This document shows, piece by piece, positions 34,721 through 42,038 of a stretch of DNA of 64,000 nt. The stretch's first letter is position 1. Each line of letters opens with the position of its first letter. The position numbers and the translations under genes were made by a program. Source of the DNA: a virus. The notes beneath the pieces were generated by a model. That model saw nothing but the letters and a program-made list of their open reading frames with translations, did not search any database and was not told the DNA's origin. The DNA is taken from positions 1-64,000 of IMG/VR virus record IMGVR_UViG_3300045988_142996, one strand, 5' to 3'.

Positions 34721-35048
34721 CGGGTTCTTCCTCATCCTGCCCGTTGTAGATACGCATTGCCCGGATGGCCTCTGCATACATTTCTTCGGTATTCTTGGCT
34801 GCCTGCAGCGCTTCGGTCTTTGCACGCAGGAGCTTGTTTTCTTCTTCCAGTTTTTCTTTTTCCAGCTCGGACTTGAACGTAGCCAGTTTCAGAAAATGTG
34901 TCGTCTCTGCTGAAGATGCAGTGCCTTCCCGCAGCCGCTTCTCCACCAGATCCATCGCCAGAGATATCATCTGGTTTTCTCGTGCTTCTGGAGACAACGC
35001 CGGCCGCATTCCGACATCCTCGCCAGATGAGACCTTTCTTGTCTTCAT
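34707..35048 (-). CDS. Possible small terminase / packaging-initiation protein (113 aa)
   Basis: This is the first late gene after the IR-rich non-coding region and lies directly upstream of the HNH gene. It contains EGTASSAETTHFLKLATFKSELEKEKLEEENKLLRAK (a helical, coiled-coil tail). The assignment rests on position only. Confidence 0.3.
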   Translation of the reverse strand: MKTRKVSSGEDVGMRPALSPEARENQMISLAMDLVEKRLREGTASSAETTHFLKLATFKSELEKEKLEEENKLLRAKTEALQAAKNTEEMYAEAIRAMRIYNGQDEEEPDEYT

Positions 35049-35133
35049 GGGTTTTCATTCCTTTCGCAAGGGTTTTGGGCCGAACTGCCCTTGATTCTGT
35101 TTTGTTATGGCGGCTTCTACAGCACTTATAGAG

Positions 35134-35288
35134 CTTTTGTAAGGGCTTATGAGAGCTGCTTGAGAAAATCTGTGAAAACGATGCCTGCAAAGCATTGAAA
35201 GGAGAAATTTTGTTAAGCAAAAGGAGGTTAAAGTCTGAGAACCCATCATAGGAGGTTGTGTCCACTATCTCATAAGCCCTTACAAAAG
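35134..35288. repeat. Perfect 20-bp inverted repeat separated by 115 bp
   Basis: cttttgtaagggcttatgag (35134-35153) is the exact reverse complement of ctcataagcccttacaaaag (35269-35288). The palindrome gattgctcagcaatc follows at about 35293. Confidence 0.85.
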
Positions 35289-35410
35289 CCCTGATTGCTC
35301 AGCAATCAAAGCCTTTTATCCCCGGAGATTGATGCTGAGCCTTGGTCTACACCCCAAAGCCCAAATATCAATTTTACCCCCGGGGAAATATTAAAGACCG
35401 GCGCGATTTA

Positions 35411-35442
35411 GGGAGGGGGTGTGTTTTTCGGGACCCCCTCCC
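35411..35442. other. GC-rich perfect 10-bp hairpin
   Basis: gggagggggt-N12-accccctccc. There is no T-run on either strand. It lies just downstream of the last early/middle gene. Confidence 0.8.
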
Positions 35443-35459
35443 CTGTCTAATGGATAGAT

Positions 35460-35729
35460 TTACGCCGCAGTCGTGTCATTTTCTGCATCGGGGAGGGTCT
35501 TTTTGACCTTCCGGTACAGGTTTAAAGGATCATCACGAATGATCTGATCGATTGTACGCTCAATTTCATAGGCGTTTTCGTTATCCGTGAGCTGATCCGA
35601 GGTATAAGAGAGCCGTGCGAGGAGTCCACAGGAGTTATAACCGTGGTCGCAGTCAAAACGATACCACTGATCGAACTGGTCGTGCGGATCGTAAGGATTA
35701 TCGACCGTGGTAATGAAACAACGAACCAT
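35460..35729 (-). CDS. Hypothetical protein (89 aa)
   Basis: ORF from the track, following the 920-aa gene. No family recognised. Confidence 0.55.
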   Translation of the reverse strand: MVRCFITTVDNPYDPHDQFDQWYRFDCDHGYNSCGLLARLSYTSDQLTDNENAYEIERTIDQIIRDDPLNLYRKVKKTLPDAENDTTAA

Positions 35730-35750
35730 AATTTTCGCTTCCTTTCGACC

Positions 35751-38513
35751 TTATTTCTTCAGTGCATCATAAATCGTGGATTTCGGAACATTACAGGCTT
35801 CAGCAACTTCGGCATAGCTGTAACCCATGTCAAGCATTGCTCGTGCTTTGCTCAATTTGGCATTAGAAAGCGTTGTCGATGCTTTCGGCATTGCGCGTTT
35901 GATGATTTCAGAAGAATCAGAACTGTTCAGAAACTTCGTCAACATCGAATCCGAAATTGCATGATTCTGAACAGCTTCCCATTCCTTGTCCGTAAAGACG
36001 ATCTTGGAGTTCCGACCGCTTGCACCAACAGAATCTCGTGCACGCTGCATCTCAACAGCAGAGATCTTCTTGATCTCTTTCTTGTCGGCTTTGCGATCAA
36101 GGCCTTGTGCTTCGATTTTTGCATTGATGTTGGCGTTTGCAATAATCATGGCACGCCGTTCTTTTGGCTTGTTGGTCAGAACTGCCTGATACTTTGCTTT
36201 CAAGGACTCAACCTCTGCCGCATACTTCTTGGCCGCTGCCGGATCACGCCGGATGCCCTTCATATTGACGGCTTCCTTGCGTGCCTGATTAGTCAGAGCC
36301 TTCAGGCCATTGGCAAAGTCTGCGTACAACTCCTCCTGCTTTGTGCCAGAGGACAAGGTATGGACATCTTTGATCATAGAGATGCGACTTACCTCATCTT
36401 CAGCCACATGCACATTACCCTTCTCGTCCTTGTAGGTACGGCCACTCTCCTTGTAGATGAGTTCGCCGGTCTCCTTGTCGATACGTGTGCTGCCACGACG
36501 CTCAGGAACACGGACGGTCTGCTTGCGACGGGACAGCAGCGTGGATGCACCACCGTACTTCGTATTGCCGTCTTCATCCACCCGGATCTGGTACTTCTGC
36601 TTCAGCTCCTGGATGCCGTTTTCACGCTCAGACCTCTTGTAGTCCAGGCCATGCTTCTCAGCATCAATGACAACCATAGAGTGGCGCACTGCTCGCTCCA
36701 GATCTTCTGGCGTTGCACCACGCAAGGTCATGTCCGTAATCAGGTTCGAGATAATTCCCATCTCTTTCTGCTTCTCATCCTTCTTCATGAGACGAACATT
36801 GTTGGGGTTGCCTTCCGGAACAGAGTAGGCAGTCTTGGGGTCGAAGTTCTTCAGACCAGGAAGCGGATTCGTTGAGTTGATACGAACCTTATCGCTCATC
36901 GGGATAGCCATAACGGTATCGCCATCAAAGTCTGCACCAGACAGCCGCTCTGCGACCTTCGCGTTGATGCCGATGGCGTCCTGAATCGCGCCCAAATTGC
37001 GCTTACCACTGAGGTTCTTGTTGTTGACAGTCACAACGGGAATCTCAAATGTGCCTGCATGCGGATAACGAATCAGTGCAAGCTGTGTTCCGTTCTCGTA
37101 TGTAGGGCAATAGGCTTCTTTCTCACTGATGTTATTCAGCGGAAGGATGACCTTCGTTGACTGACCGGGAAATGCAGACGCTTTCAGGGTCATGGACGTG
37201 CCTTCACACTGGTCAGCAAAGTCCATCAGCATTTTTTTCTTGACAGTCGGGTTCGTGTAATGCATGATCTCATCGTACTCGGCCTTATAGTCAGCCATAG
37301 TGAGGTCAAGCTGGCGTTTGATGAGCGGAACGGGCTGCTTGGACAGGAACTGCGAAGAAACATTCTTCGACATCGTGTCCCAGTCGCCTTCTTCTTTCAG
37401 CTTATTGATGGGAGAAAGATGCTCTTTGCCGTCGGCACCAATATAAGTGCTCTGGCCGTTCGCTTTGATGGCTGCACCGAACGGGTTATCCGGATCATCC
37501 TTGATGGGCTTGAAGACCTTCATCTTGGGTGTACCAGAAGGCTTATTGGTATTAAAGACAATATCAACACCCTTCGGCAGGTCATCAGAATATACGGCCA
37601 TGCCCTTCAGGTAGTGGCTGTCATCCACCATGATACGAACCTGCGCATAATGGGAATTGCCCAAATCCAAATCAGGAACGCCGCGGCGAATCTCCATAAC
37701 ACCGTCTTTTGCAAGGCCGCCTTCGTCGCCATAGCGCACCGCCACACGATCAGAGCTCATGCTCACAGGACGCTGTAGTTTTTTGAAGCTGTCTCCACCA
37801 TCGTCGGAATGATAGTCGCCAAGGGACTGAATCTCACTCTGATGCTTGTAGGCATAGCTCTGATCGAACTCAGGCTTGCCCAGAACGGTGATATTTGTCT
37901 GCTGACGAGGATTGGTCGGCTGCTTGATGCCGACACCATAGCGCTTATAGCCGTATTCCGCTTCCAGAATATAAACAGCCTCATCCAGCTTGCCTTCCGA
38001 GACGCCAAGCGTAAGGTTGGAACCTTCGGAAATATCAATCATGCCTTTCTTGTCAACTTCCTTCTTCAGGACGTCAGCAATCTTTTCAGCCTGATCTTTC
38101 TTGGTTCCAACGCCATTCTGGTACATGGAGCGGACCGTCGATTCGGACAGGTTCAACTTCTGGCCGATTTCAGTCCAGCCTTTGCCATCTTCTTTCAGTG
38201 CACGAATCTGATCCCACTGCAGCGCTTTACGGTCATGGCCGGCTTTGGCTCTTGCCACACGAAACTCGCTGGCACCCAGCTTGTACTCATCGGGCAGAGT
38301 CGCATTGATGGCCTCAAGGATCTCATTTTCACTCATGCCCTGAGTCTTCAGCTTATCGATTCGAGAAATAAAATCGCCCGAATGCTGGTAAGGCGTCTCG
38401 CCACTACCCCAGGGATAACGGCCAGAATGACGCTTGGTGCCGTAATGCTCCAGCGTATCGCCGCCGTATTCAATACCAAAATAGCTCGAAATATCTTTTT
38501 CAACTGGATTCAT
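35751..38513 (-). CDS. 920-aa protein with a two-barrel RNA-polymerase-type catalytic signature (YonO/RdRP-like?) and HTH domains
   Basis: LALIRYPHAGTFEIP...AERLSGADFDGDTVMAIPM. The DFDGD is at nt 36918-36932, verified by hand. There are two HTH-like segments and an N-terminal HYGTKRHSGRYPWGSG motif. Confidence 0.5.
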   Translation of the reverse strand: MNPVEKDISSYFGIEYGGDTLEHYGTKRHSGRYPWGSGETPYQHSGDFISRIDKLKTQGMSENEILEAINATLPDEYKLGASEFRVARAKAGHDRKALQWDQIRALKEDGKGWTEIGQKLNLSESTVRSMYQNGVGTKKDQAEKIADVLKKEVDKKGMIDISEGSNLTLGVSEGKLDEAVYILEAEYGYKRYGVGIKQPTNPRQQTNITVLGKPEFDQSYAYKHQSEIQSLGDYHSDDGGDSFKKLQRPVSMSSDRVAVRYGDEGGLAKDGVMEIRRGVPDLDLGNSHYAQVRIMVDDSHYLKGMAVYSDDLPKGVDIVFNTNKPSGTPKMKVFKPIKDDPDNPFGAAIKANGQSTYIGADGKEHLSPINKLKEEGDWDTMSKNVSSQFLSKQPVPLIKRQLDLTMADYKAEYDEIMHYTNPTVKKKMLMDFADQCEGTSMTLKASAFPGQSTKVILPLNNISEKEAYCPTYENGTQLALIRYPHAGTFEIPVVTVNNKNLSGKRNLGAIQDAIGINAKVAERLSGADFDGDTVMAIPMSDKVRINSTNPLPGLKNFDPKTAYSVPEGNPNNVRLMKKDEKQKEMGIISNLITDMTLRGATPEDLERAVRHSMVVIDAEKHGLDYKRSERENGIQELKQKYQIRVDEDGNTKYGGASTLLSRRKQTVRVPERRGSTRIDKETGELIYKESGRTYKDEKGNVHVAEDEVSRISMIKDVHTLSSGTKQEELYADFANGLKALTNQARKEAVNMKGIRRDPAAAKKYAAEVESLKAKYQAVLTNKPKERRAMIIANANINAKIEAQGLDRKADKKEIKKISAVEMQRARDSVGASGRNSKIVFTDKEWEAVQNHAISDSMLTKFLNSSDSSEIIKRAMPKASTTLSNAKLSKARAMLDMGYSYAEVAEACNVPKSTIYDALKK

Positions 38514-38514
38514 G

Positions 38515-39069
38515 TCAGCACCCCATCTTCAGCTTTGCAATAATCGGATCAAACTCACGGATCTTCTCCATCACAACGTTGACATCATCCGCCTCAGGTG
38601 TGGCGATAATAATATCATCAGACTGATAGATGCGATTCTCGATCTGAATTTTCTCCGGCTTCACACGATATTCCAGACAGAACAGAGCATCGTAAATCAG
38701 CAGCTGTTCCATATGCGCCGGAATCACCCCCGTTTTAAGGTCGTGGATCCGAAGAATATCATCGCGGAAACAAATCGAGTCTGCTGTCCCAAAGCAATTC
38801 TCAGAATAATAGAGCACCTGCTCAGGGGTCATGCGGAATCCAATGGCGTCGTTGACATAACTGTTCAACGTCTTCTTCGAGCGCGGCAGCTTCTGGCCAA
38901 GAGAAATGCACTTTGCTGCAAACTCGTGCAGTTCGGTGCCTTTCTGCGCAGCCATGAAGCTGGTATAGGCCGCTGCAATTTTCTCGGGATCGTAATTGAT
39001 CCAATGATACTTACTAGCGCCGAGAAATGCGTGTTGGCCTGTCAGACGCGAATGATCGTTGAAGGTCAT
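38515..39069 (-). CDS. PD-(D/E)XK nuclease (DUF2800/Cas4-like, without a Cys cluster)
   Basis: GASKYH..., GTELHEF, GTADSICF...LRIHDLKTGVIPAHMEQLLIYDAL matches D...(D/E)xK plus the QxxxY pattern. Confidence 0.6.
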   Translation of the reverse strand: MTFNDHSRLTGQHAFLGASKYHWINYDPEKIAAAYTSFMAAQKGTELHEFAAKCISLGQKLPRSKKTLNSYVNDAIGFRMTPEQVLYYSENCFGTADSICFRDDILRIHDLKTGVIPAHMEQLLIYDALFCLEYRVKPEKIQIENRIYQSDDIIIATPEADDVNVVMEKIREFDPIIAKLKMGC

Positions 39070-39331
39070 CCAAAATCTCCTCCTTATTTTCCGGGTAAAT
39101 GAACGCAGCGTAGCTCATCCGGTTCATGAGATCAACGTAGTAATCTTGATTCGGACGATGCGGTGCATTTGCAGAGCGTTTGCCTTCAAGCGCTGCCCAC
39201 TTGTCTCCGCACAAAACCAAGAGATCAGGCATTCCCTGAATCTCGTTTGGATCAATGTGCAGAACAATGCAGCCCGGAAAGCGCTCTTTGAGTTCTCTTA
39301 CCAGGTTTGTTTTGAATCGGTTCTCCAGCAT
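39014..39331 (-). CDS. VRR-NUC-type nuclease
   Basis: GMPDLLVLCGDKWAALEGKR (PD...ExK). The start was set at MLENRF behind GGAGGAG. Confidence 0.65.
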   Translation of the reverse strand: MLENRFKTNLVRELKERFPGCIVLHIDPNEIQGMPDLLVLCGDKWAALEGKRSANAPHRPNQDYYVDLMNRMSYAAFIYPENKEEILDDLQRSFASDRPTRISRR

Positions 39332-39384
39332 AAAATCTCCTCCAAAAAGAAAAAGAGCAGCGTGCAAAGACACACTCTCTCCTC

Positions 39385-39413
39385 TTCATAAAAGAGCATG
39401 TATTTTACGCGTT
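39385..39413 (-). promoter_or_regulatory. Class-1 promoter-like motif, copy L (variant CGCGTAAAAT)
   Basis: Minus strand reads AACGCGTAAAATACATGCTCTTTTATGAAGAGG. Confidence 0.4.
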
Positions 39414-39419
39414 TGTTTT

Positions 39420-39445
39420 TGTCGGTAGATGTCGGTTTTTGTCGG
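39420..39445. repeat. Three TGTCGG direct repeats at an exact 10-bp period (0A-box-like)
   Basis: tgtcgg occurs at 39420, 39430 and 39440. The third reads TTTGTCGGAA, one mismatch from the extended Spo0A box TTTGTCGAAA. Confidence 0.6.
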
Positions 39446-39454
39446 AAAACTTGC

Positions 39455-39484
39455 AAAAGAAAAAGACGCAGATTGCTCTGCGTC
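39455..39484 (-). terminator. Rho-independent terminator
   Basis: Minus strand reads GACGCAG-AGCAAT-CTGCGTC followed by TTTTTCTTTT. Confidence 0.7.
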
Positions 39485-39507
39485 TTCGTCGTGTTTATTT
39501 GAGAATA

Positions 39508-39870
39508 TCAATCCTCATGGGTATGTTCTGCATAGAAATAGTACCAATCCGGAACACCAGCCAGAAGCCGTCTTCCATCATCGTACTCAAACTTACCGTA
39601 GTCTTCGTTCAGTTCAAGGTTAGCGGACTCGTATTCATCAAGCTCGATGACCTGATCGATTTCGTCCTCCGTTTTCGTGATGTTGCAGGGCGGACAAGCC
39701 CAATATCCGGGAACTTCTTCTATCATGTTTCGTCCGCAGGTGCACACCGGAACCTTTGTGTGAATCTCGCGGTACCGGTTCGCATAACAGTGGACAACAT
39801 TCCCTGCTGCATCAGTGGTGGTCCATTCTTCAAAGCCATTGTCATTGATAAAGCGGTCCATGTAAGCCAT
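39508..39870 (-). CDS. Hypothetical Cys-rich protein (120 aa)
   Basis: It contains VPVCTCGRNMIEEVPGYWACPPCN and an acidic C-terminus. Confidence 0.55.
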   Translation of the reverse strand: MAYMDRFINDNGFEEWTTTDAAGNVVHCYANRYREIHTKVPVCTCGRNMIEEVPGYWACPPCNITKTEDEIDQVIELDEYESANLELNEDYGKFEYDDGRRLLAGVPDWYYFYAEHTHED

Positions 39871-39918
39871 CTTTACTACCTCATAAGCATCTAATCGGTG
39901 TGTGCATCATTTAAATCA

Positions 39919-39947
39919 AGTATACAACGCTGGTTGGGTTCTTACAA
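39919..39947 (-). promoter_or_regulatory. Sigma-A-like promoter for the 39870-to-35460 operon
   Basis: Minus strand reads TTGTAA (39947-39942), a 17-nt spacer, then TATACT (39924-39919), about 48 nt upstream of the ATG at 39870. Confidence 0.5.
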
Positions 39948-40002
39948 GATTTTCGCCTTGAACTTTTCGTTAATTTGGGTCGTTTTTCGTCTCTGCCCAA
40001 AA

Positions 40003-40301
40003 GCCCACTTTTATTTTCTACTTATATATATTTTTTTCATTTTTAATAAATAAATAAGAAAAAAAGTGGGCAAGTGGGCAAAATGGCTTTTTCTTCCAAA
40101 AATATAACGTATTTACGCAATATTTTATCCAAAATTCGTGCCCACTTTTGGTTTTAAAAGTGGGCAGAAAGTGGGCTTTTGGCCAGAAATTGTGAATATT
40201 TTGTGAACAAACGGTCATTTTCGTCTATTCTAGAATAGAATTTCACGTCTCTGACACACAAAACCCAAAACAAAAGTGGGCACGAATTTCAAAAGTGGGC
40301 A
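40003..40301. repeat. Iteron array: at least 8 copies of (A)AGTGGGC(A) in both orientations in an AT-rich, non-coding 440 bp
   Basis: Copies lie at 40003-10 (reverse), 40065-72, 40073-80, 40139-48 (reverse), 40157-66, 40168-77, 40272-82 and 40291-301. Confidence 0.85.
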
Positions 40302-40336
40302 AAAGAAAAAGGCCCTGAATTTTACTCCAGAGCCTT
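40301..40336 (-). terminator. Rho-independent terminator
   Basis: Minus strand reads AAGGCTCTG-N10-CAGGGCCTT followed by TTTCTTTT, directly after the stop of 40343..40690. Confidence 0.65.
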
Positions 40337-40342
40337 TATTAT

Positions 40343-40690
40343 TTATTCGCCGCGCCATTCCATGATGATATTGGATGGGTGACTATAATAGCCTTTATTT
40401 TTCCCTTCCGTTTGAAAGGTAATACTAGCATATCCCTTTGCTGGATAGTAGCGGTAGGAGTCGACATAGCCCTCCATGATAAGGTTTCCCCCGGGAGTAT
40501 AAAGCCAGGCATAATATGGAGATTGTTTTCCAGAATCGCAGAAGAACCCATTGTCCTCCAGCATTCCCCAGGATGTTATTGTTCCGTTTGTCGCTTCATC
40601 CAAAACGTCCACGGTTTCCGCATAACAAGGAACTGTCACGGAAAACATTAGGAGCGCTGCGATTACGGCCACCATAATATTCTTTTTCAT
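40343..40690 (-). CDS. Secreted protein with a signal peptide (115 aa)
   Basis: MKKNIMVAVIAALLMFSVTVPCYA-ETVD is signal-peptide-like. RBS AAAAAGGAGGG. Confidence 0.6.
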   Translation of the reverse strand: MKKNIMVAVIAALLMFSVTVPCYAETVDVLDEATNGTITSWGMLEDNGFFCDSGKQSPYYAWLYTPGGNLIMEGYVDSYRYYPAKGYASITFQTEGKNKGYYSHPSNIIMEWRGE

Positions 40691-40758
40691 TAAACGTCCC
40701 TCCTTTTTGTCTAAAAATAACATAAATTCTAACTGCTGTCAATGCCAATTTTCATCAG

Positions 40759-41097
40759 TTATTTCTCCAAACCCATCAAATATTCCGCACTCCGATAGAC
40801 AAAATATCGCGGTGCAGGCGGTCGAACAAGTGCTTTTCTCGTGACATCTTCCATGCCAGATTGCTTTGTCCGCCACCCAATCGAGATGCAATGCCGGATA
40901 TTCCGCTCCATTCTTTCCGGATTTGCCGCGTATTTTTGCCCGAGTTGTTCGTAATAAATGTACATGTGCGCCGGCTGTTCATCCTCCAGCAAAGCATCCG
41001 TGACCATGTCGATCAGCTCACCAAGCGGATTAAATCCCATCAACCATGGTTCAATGCCGACGCTTTTCAGATAATCATAGGTTCGAGGTCGCATCAA
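40759..41097 (-). CDS. Spo0A C-terminal (DNA-binding) domain-like protein (112 aa)
   Basis: LGQKYAANPERMERNIRHCISIGW compares with the Spo0A sequence [24 protein letters not shown]. Confidence 0.55.
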   Translation of the reverse strand: MMRPRTYDYLKSVGIEPWLMGFNPLGELIDMVTDALLEDEQPAHMYIYYEQLGQKYAANPERMERNIRHCISIGWRTKQSGMEDVTRKALVRPPAPRYFVYRSAEYLMGLEK

Positions 41098-41106
41098 ATC
41101 ACCACC

Positions 41107-41298
41107 TCACAGATGAATCACACAGGCCGTCAGAGCCGAGCAGCCAAGCATGACAATGATCCAGAAAATATCTTTCGGATGCACAATGATATGTACTTCT
41201 CCATCGATTTTCCTGAGATGAGTGCCGATTTTAAATCCCATACTGAGTCCATGCCAGTAGAGACAGCACATCAAAGCAAAGAGTAGAAATCTCATCAT
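41107..41298 (-). CDS. Small membrane protein (63 aa)
   Basis: Two hydrophobic segments. It is translationally coupled to its neighbours. Confidence 0.5.
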   Translation of the reverse strand: MMRFLLFALMCCLYWHGLSMGFKIGTHLRKIDGEVHIIVHPKDIFWIIVMLGCSALTACVIHL

Positions 41299-41504
41299 GT
41301 GGGCATCTCCAATCCTTCTCGGATGTCGTTTTTGATATACTCAGTCTCGCCAAGGGTCTTACGCCACTGAATAATTGCCCTATCCAAAGCAGCTTTTGAT
41401 ACACCGTCATTCCTTGCAAAGATTAGTGACTGAGAATATGACCAACTCCCATCGACATAACGTCCTGCCAAAATATTAGCAGCATCGGCCTCGTCAATCT
41501 TCAT
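41295..41504 (-). CDS. Hypothetical protein (69 aa)
   Basis: ORF from the track, with 4-nt overlaps on both sides. Confidence 0.5.
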   Translation of the reverse strand: MKIDEADAANILAGRYVDGSWSYSQSLIFARNDGVSKAALDRAIIQWRKTLGETEYIKNDIREGLEMPT

Positions 41505-41887
41505 GAACGAACCTCCACGTCCGGCAGAATATCCGTATGGAAATAGAGCTTGTAGTGGTACGGATCAGTATGGGTGCCGGTAATATCCTCAACAACATAC
41601 ATCGTGTATTCATTCAAATACACATAGTTCTTCTTGTATTCGTTCGGGCCGGTCTTCACGGTGCAAACCAATTCGCTGTGGCCGTTGTTTGAGATGGACA
41701 TAGCACCTTCCATCTCAAGAACAACTTTGTCCGTACGCGCGTTATAGACCGTGATTCGGCGCTCCGCTTCAAAGTAGTCAGCCTGTTTCGAGAGGTTCTG
41801 GTTCACCTTGTCGGCTTCAGAGCACCCGCACAGGCACCCCACCAGCATCATCAGACATACAAAGACACAAATAATACGGTTTTTCAT
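41501..41887 (-). CDS. Lipoprotein (128 aa)
   Basis: MKNRIICVFVCLMMLVGCLCGC-SEADK (lipobox-like). Confidence 0.6.
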   Translation of the reverse strand: MKNRIICVFVCLMMLVGCLCGCSEADKVNQNLSKQADYFEAERRITVYNARTDKVVLEMEGAMSISNNGHSELVCTVKTGPNEYKKNYVYLNEYTMYVVEDITGTHTDPYHYKLYFHTDILPDVEVRS

Positions 41888-41894
41888 TGTTACT

Positions 41895-42038
41895 TCACCT
41901 CAATATCAAATAAACCAGAAGCAAGAGCCATCCGATATATATGATGGTTCTCTGCTTTTCTTCGCTAATGTTCTCAGCGAAAGACATTCCAATGGCAATG
42001 GCCTGCCAAATAATGCTTATAAGCAGCACAGTTCGCAT
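41895..42038 (-). CDS. Possible 47-aa membrane peptide (below the ORF-track cutoff)
   Basis: The ATG overlaps the thyX stop (ATGA). Hand translation gives MRTVLLISIIWQAIAIGMSFAENISEEKQRTIIYIGWLLLLVYLILR. Confidence 0.4.
   Translation of the reverse strand: MRTVLLISIIWQAIAIGMSFAENISEEKQRTIIYIGWLLLLVYLILR

Noticed and set aside
40018-40218. 66-aa minus-strand ORF in the AT-rich gap
   Set aside because: It is composed of the iteron repeats and A/T runs. It has no RBS, and its translation is K/F/I-rich low complexity.
40003-40301. Possible CRISPR array
   Set aside because: The repeat unit is only about 8-10 bp, occurs in both orientations, and has irregular spacing of 0-90 bp. No cas genes are present. 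It fits iterons or operators instead.
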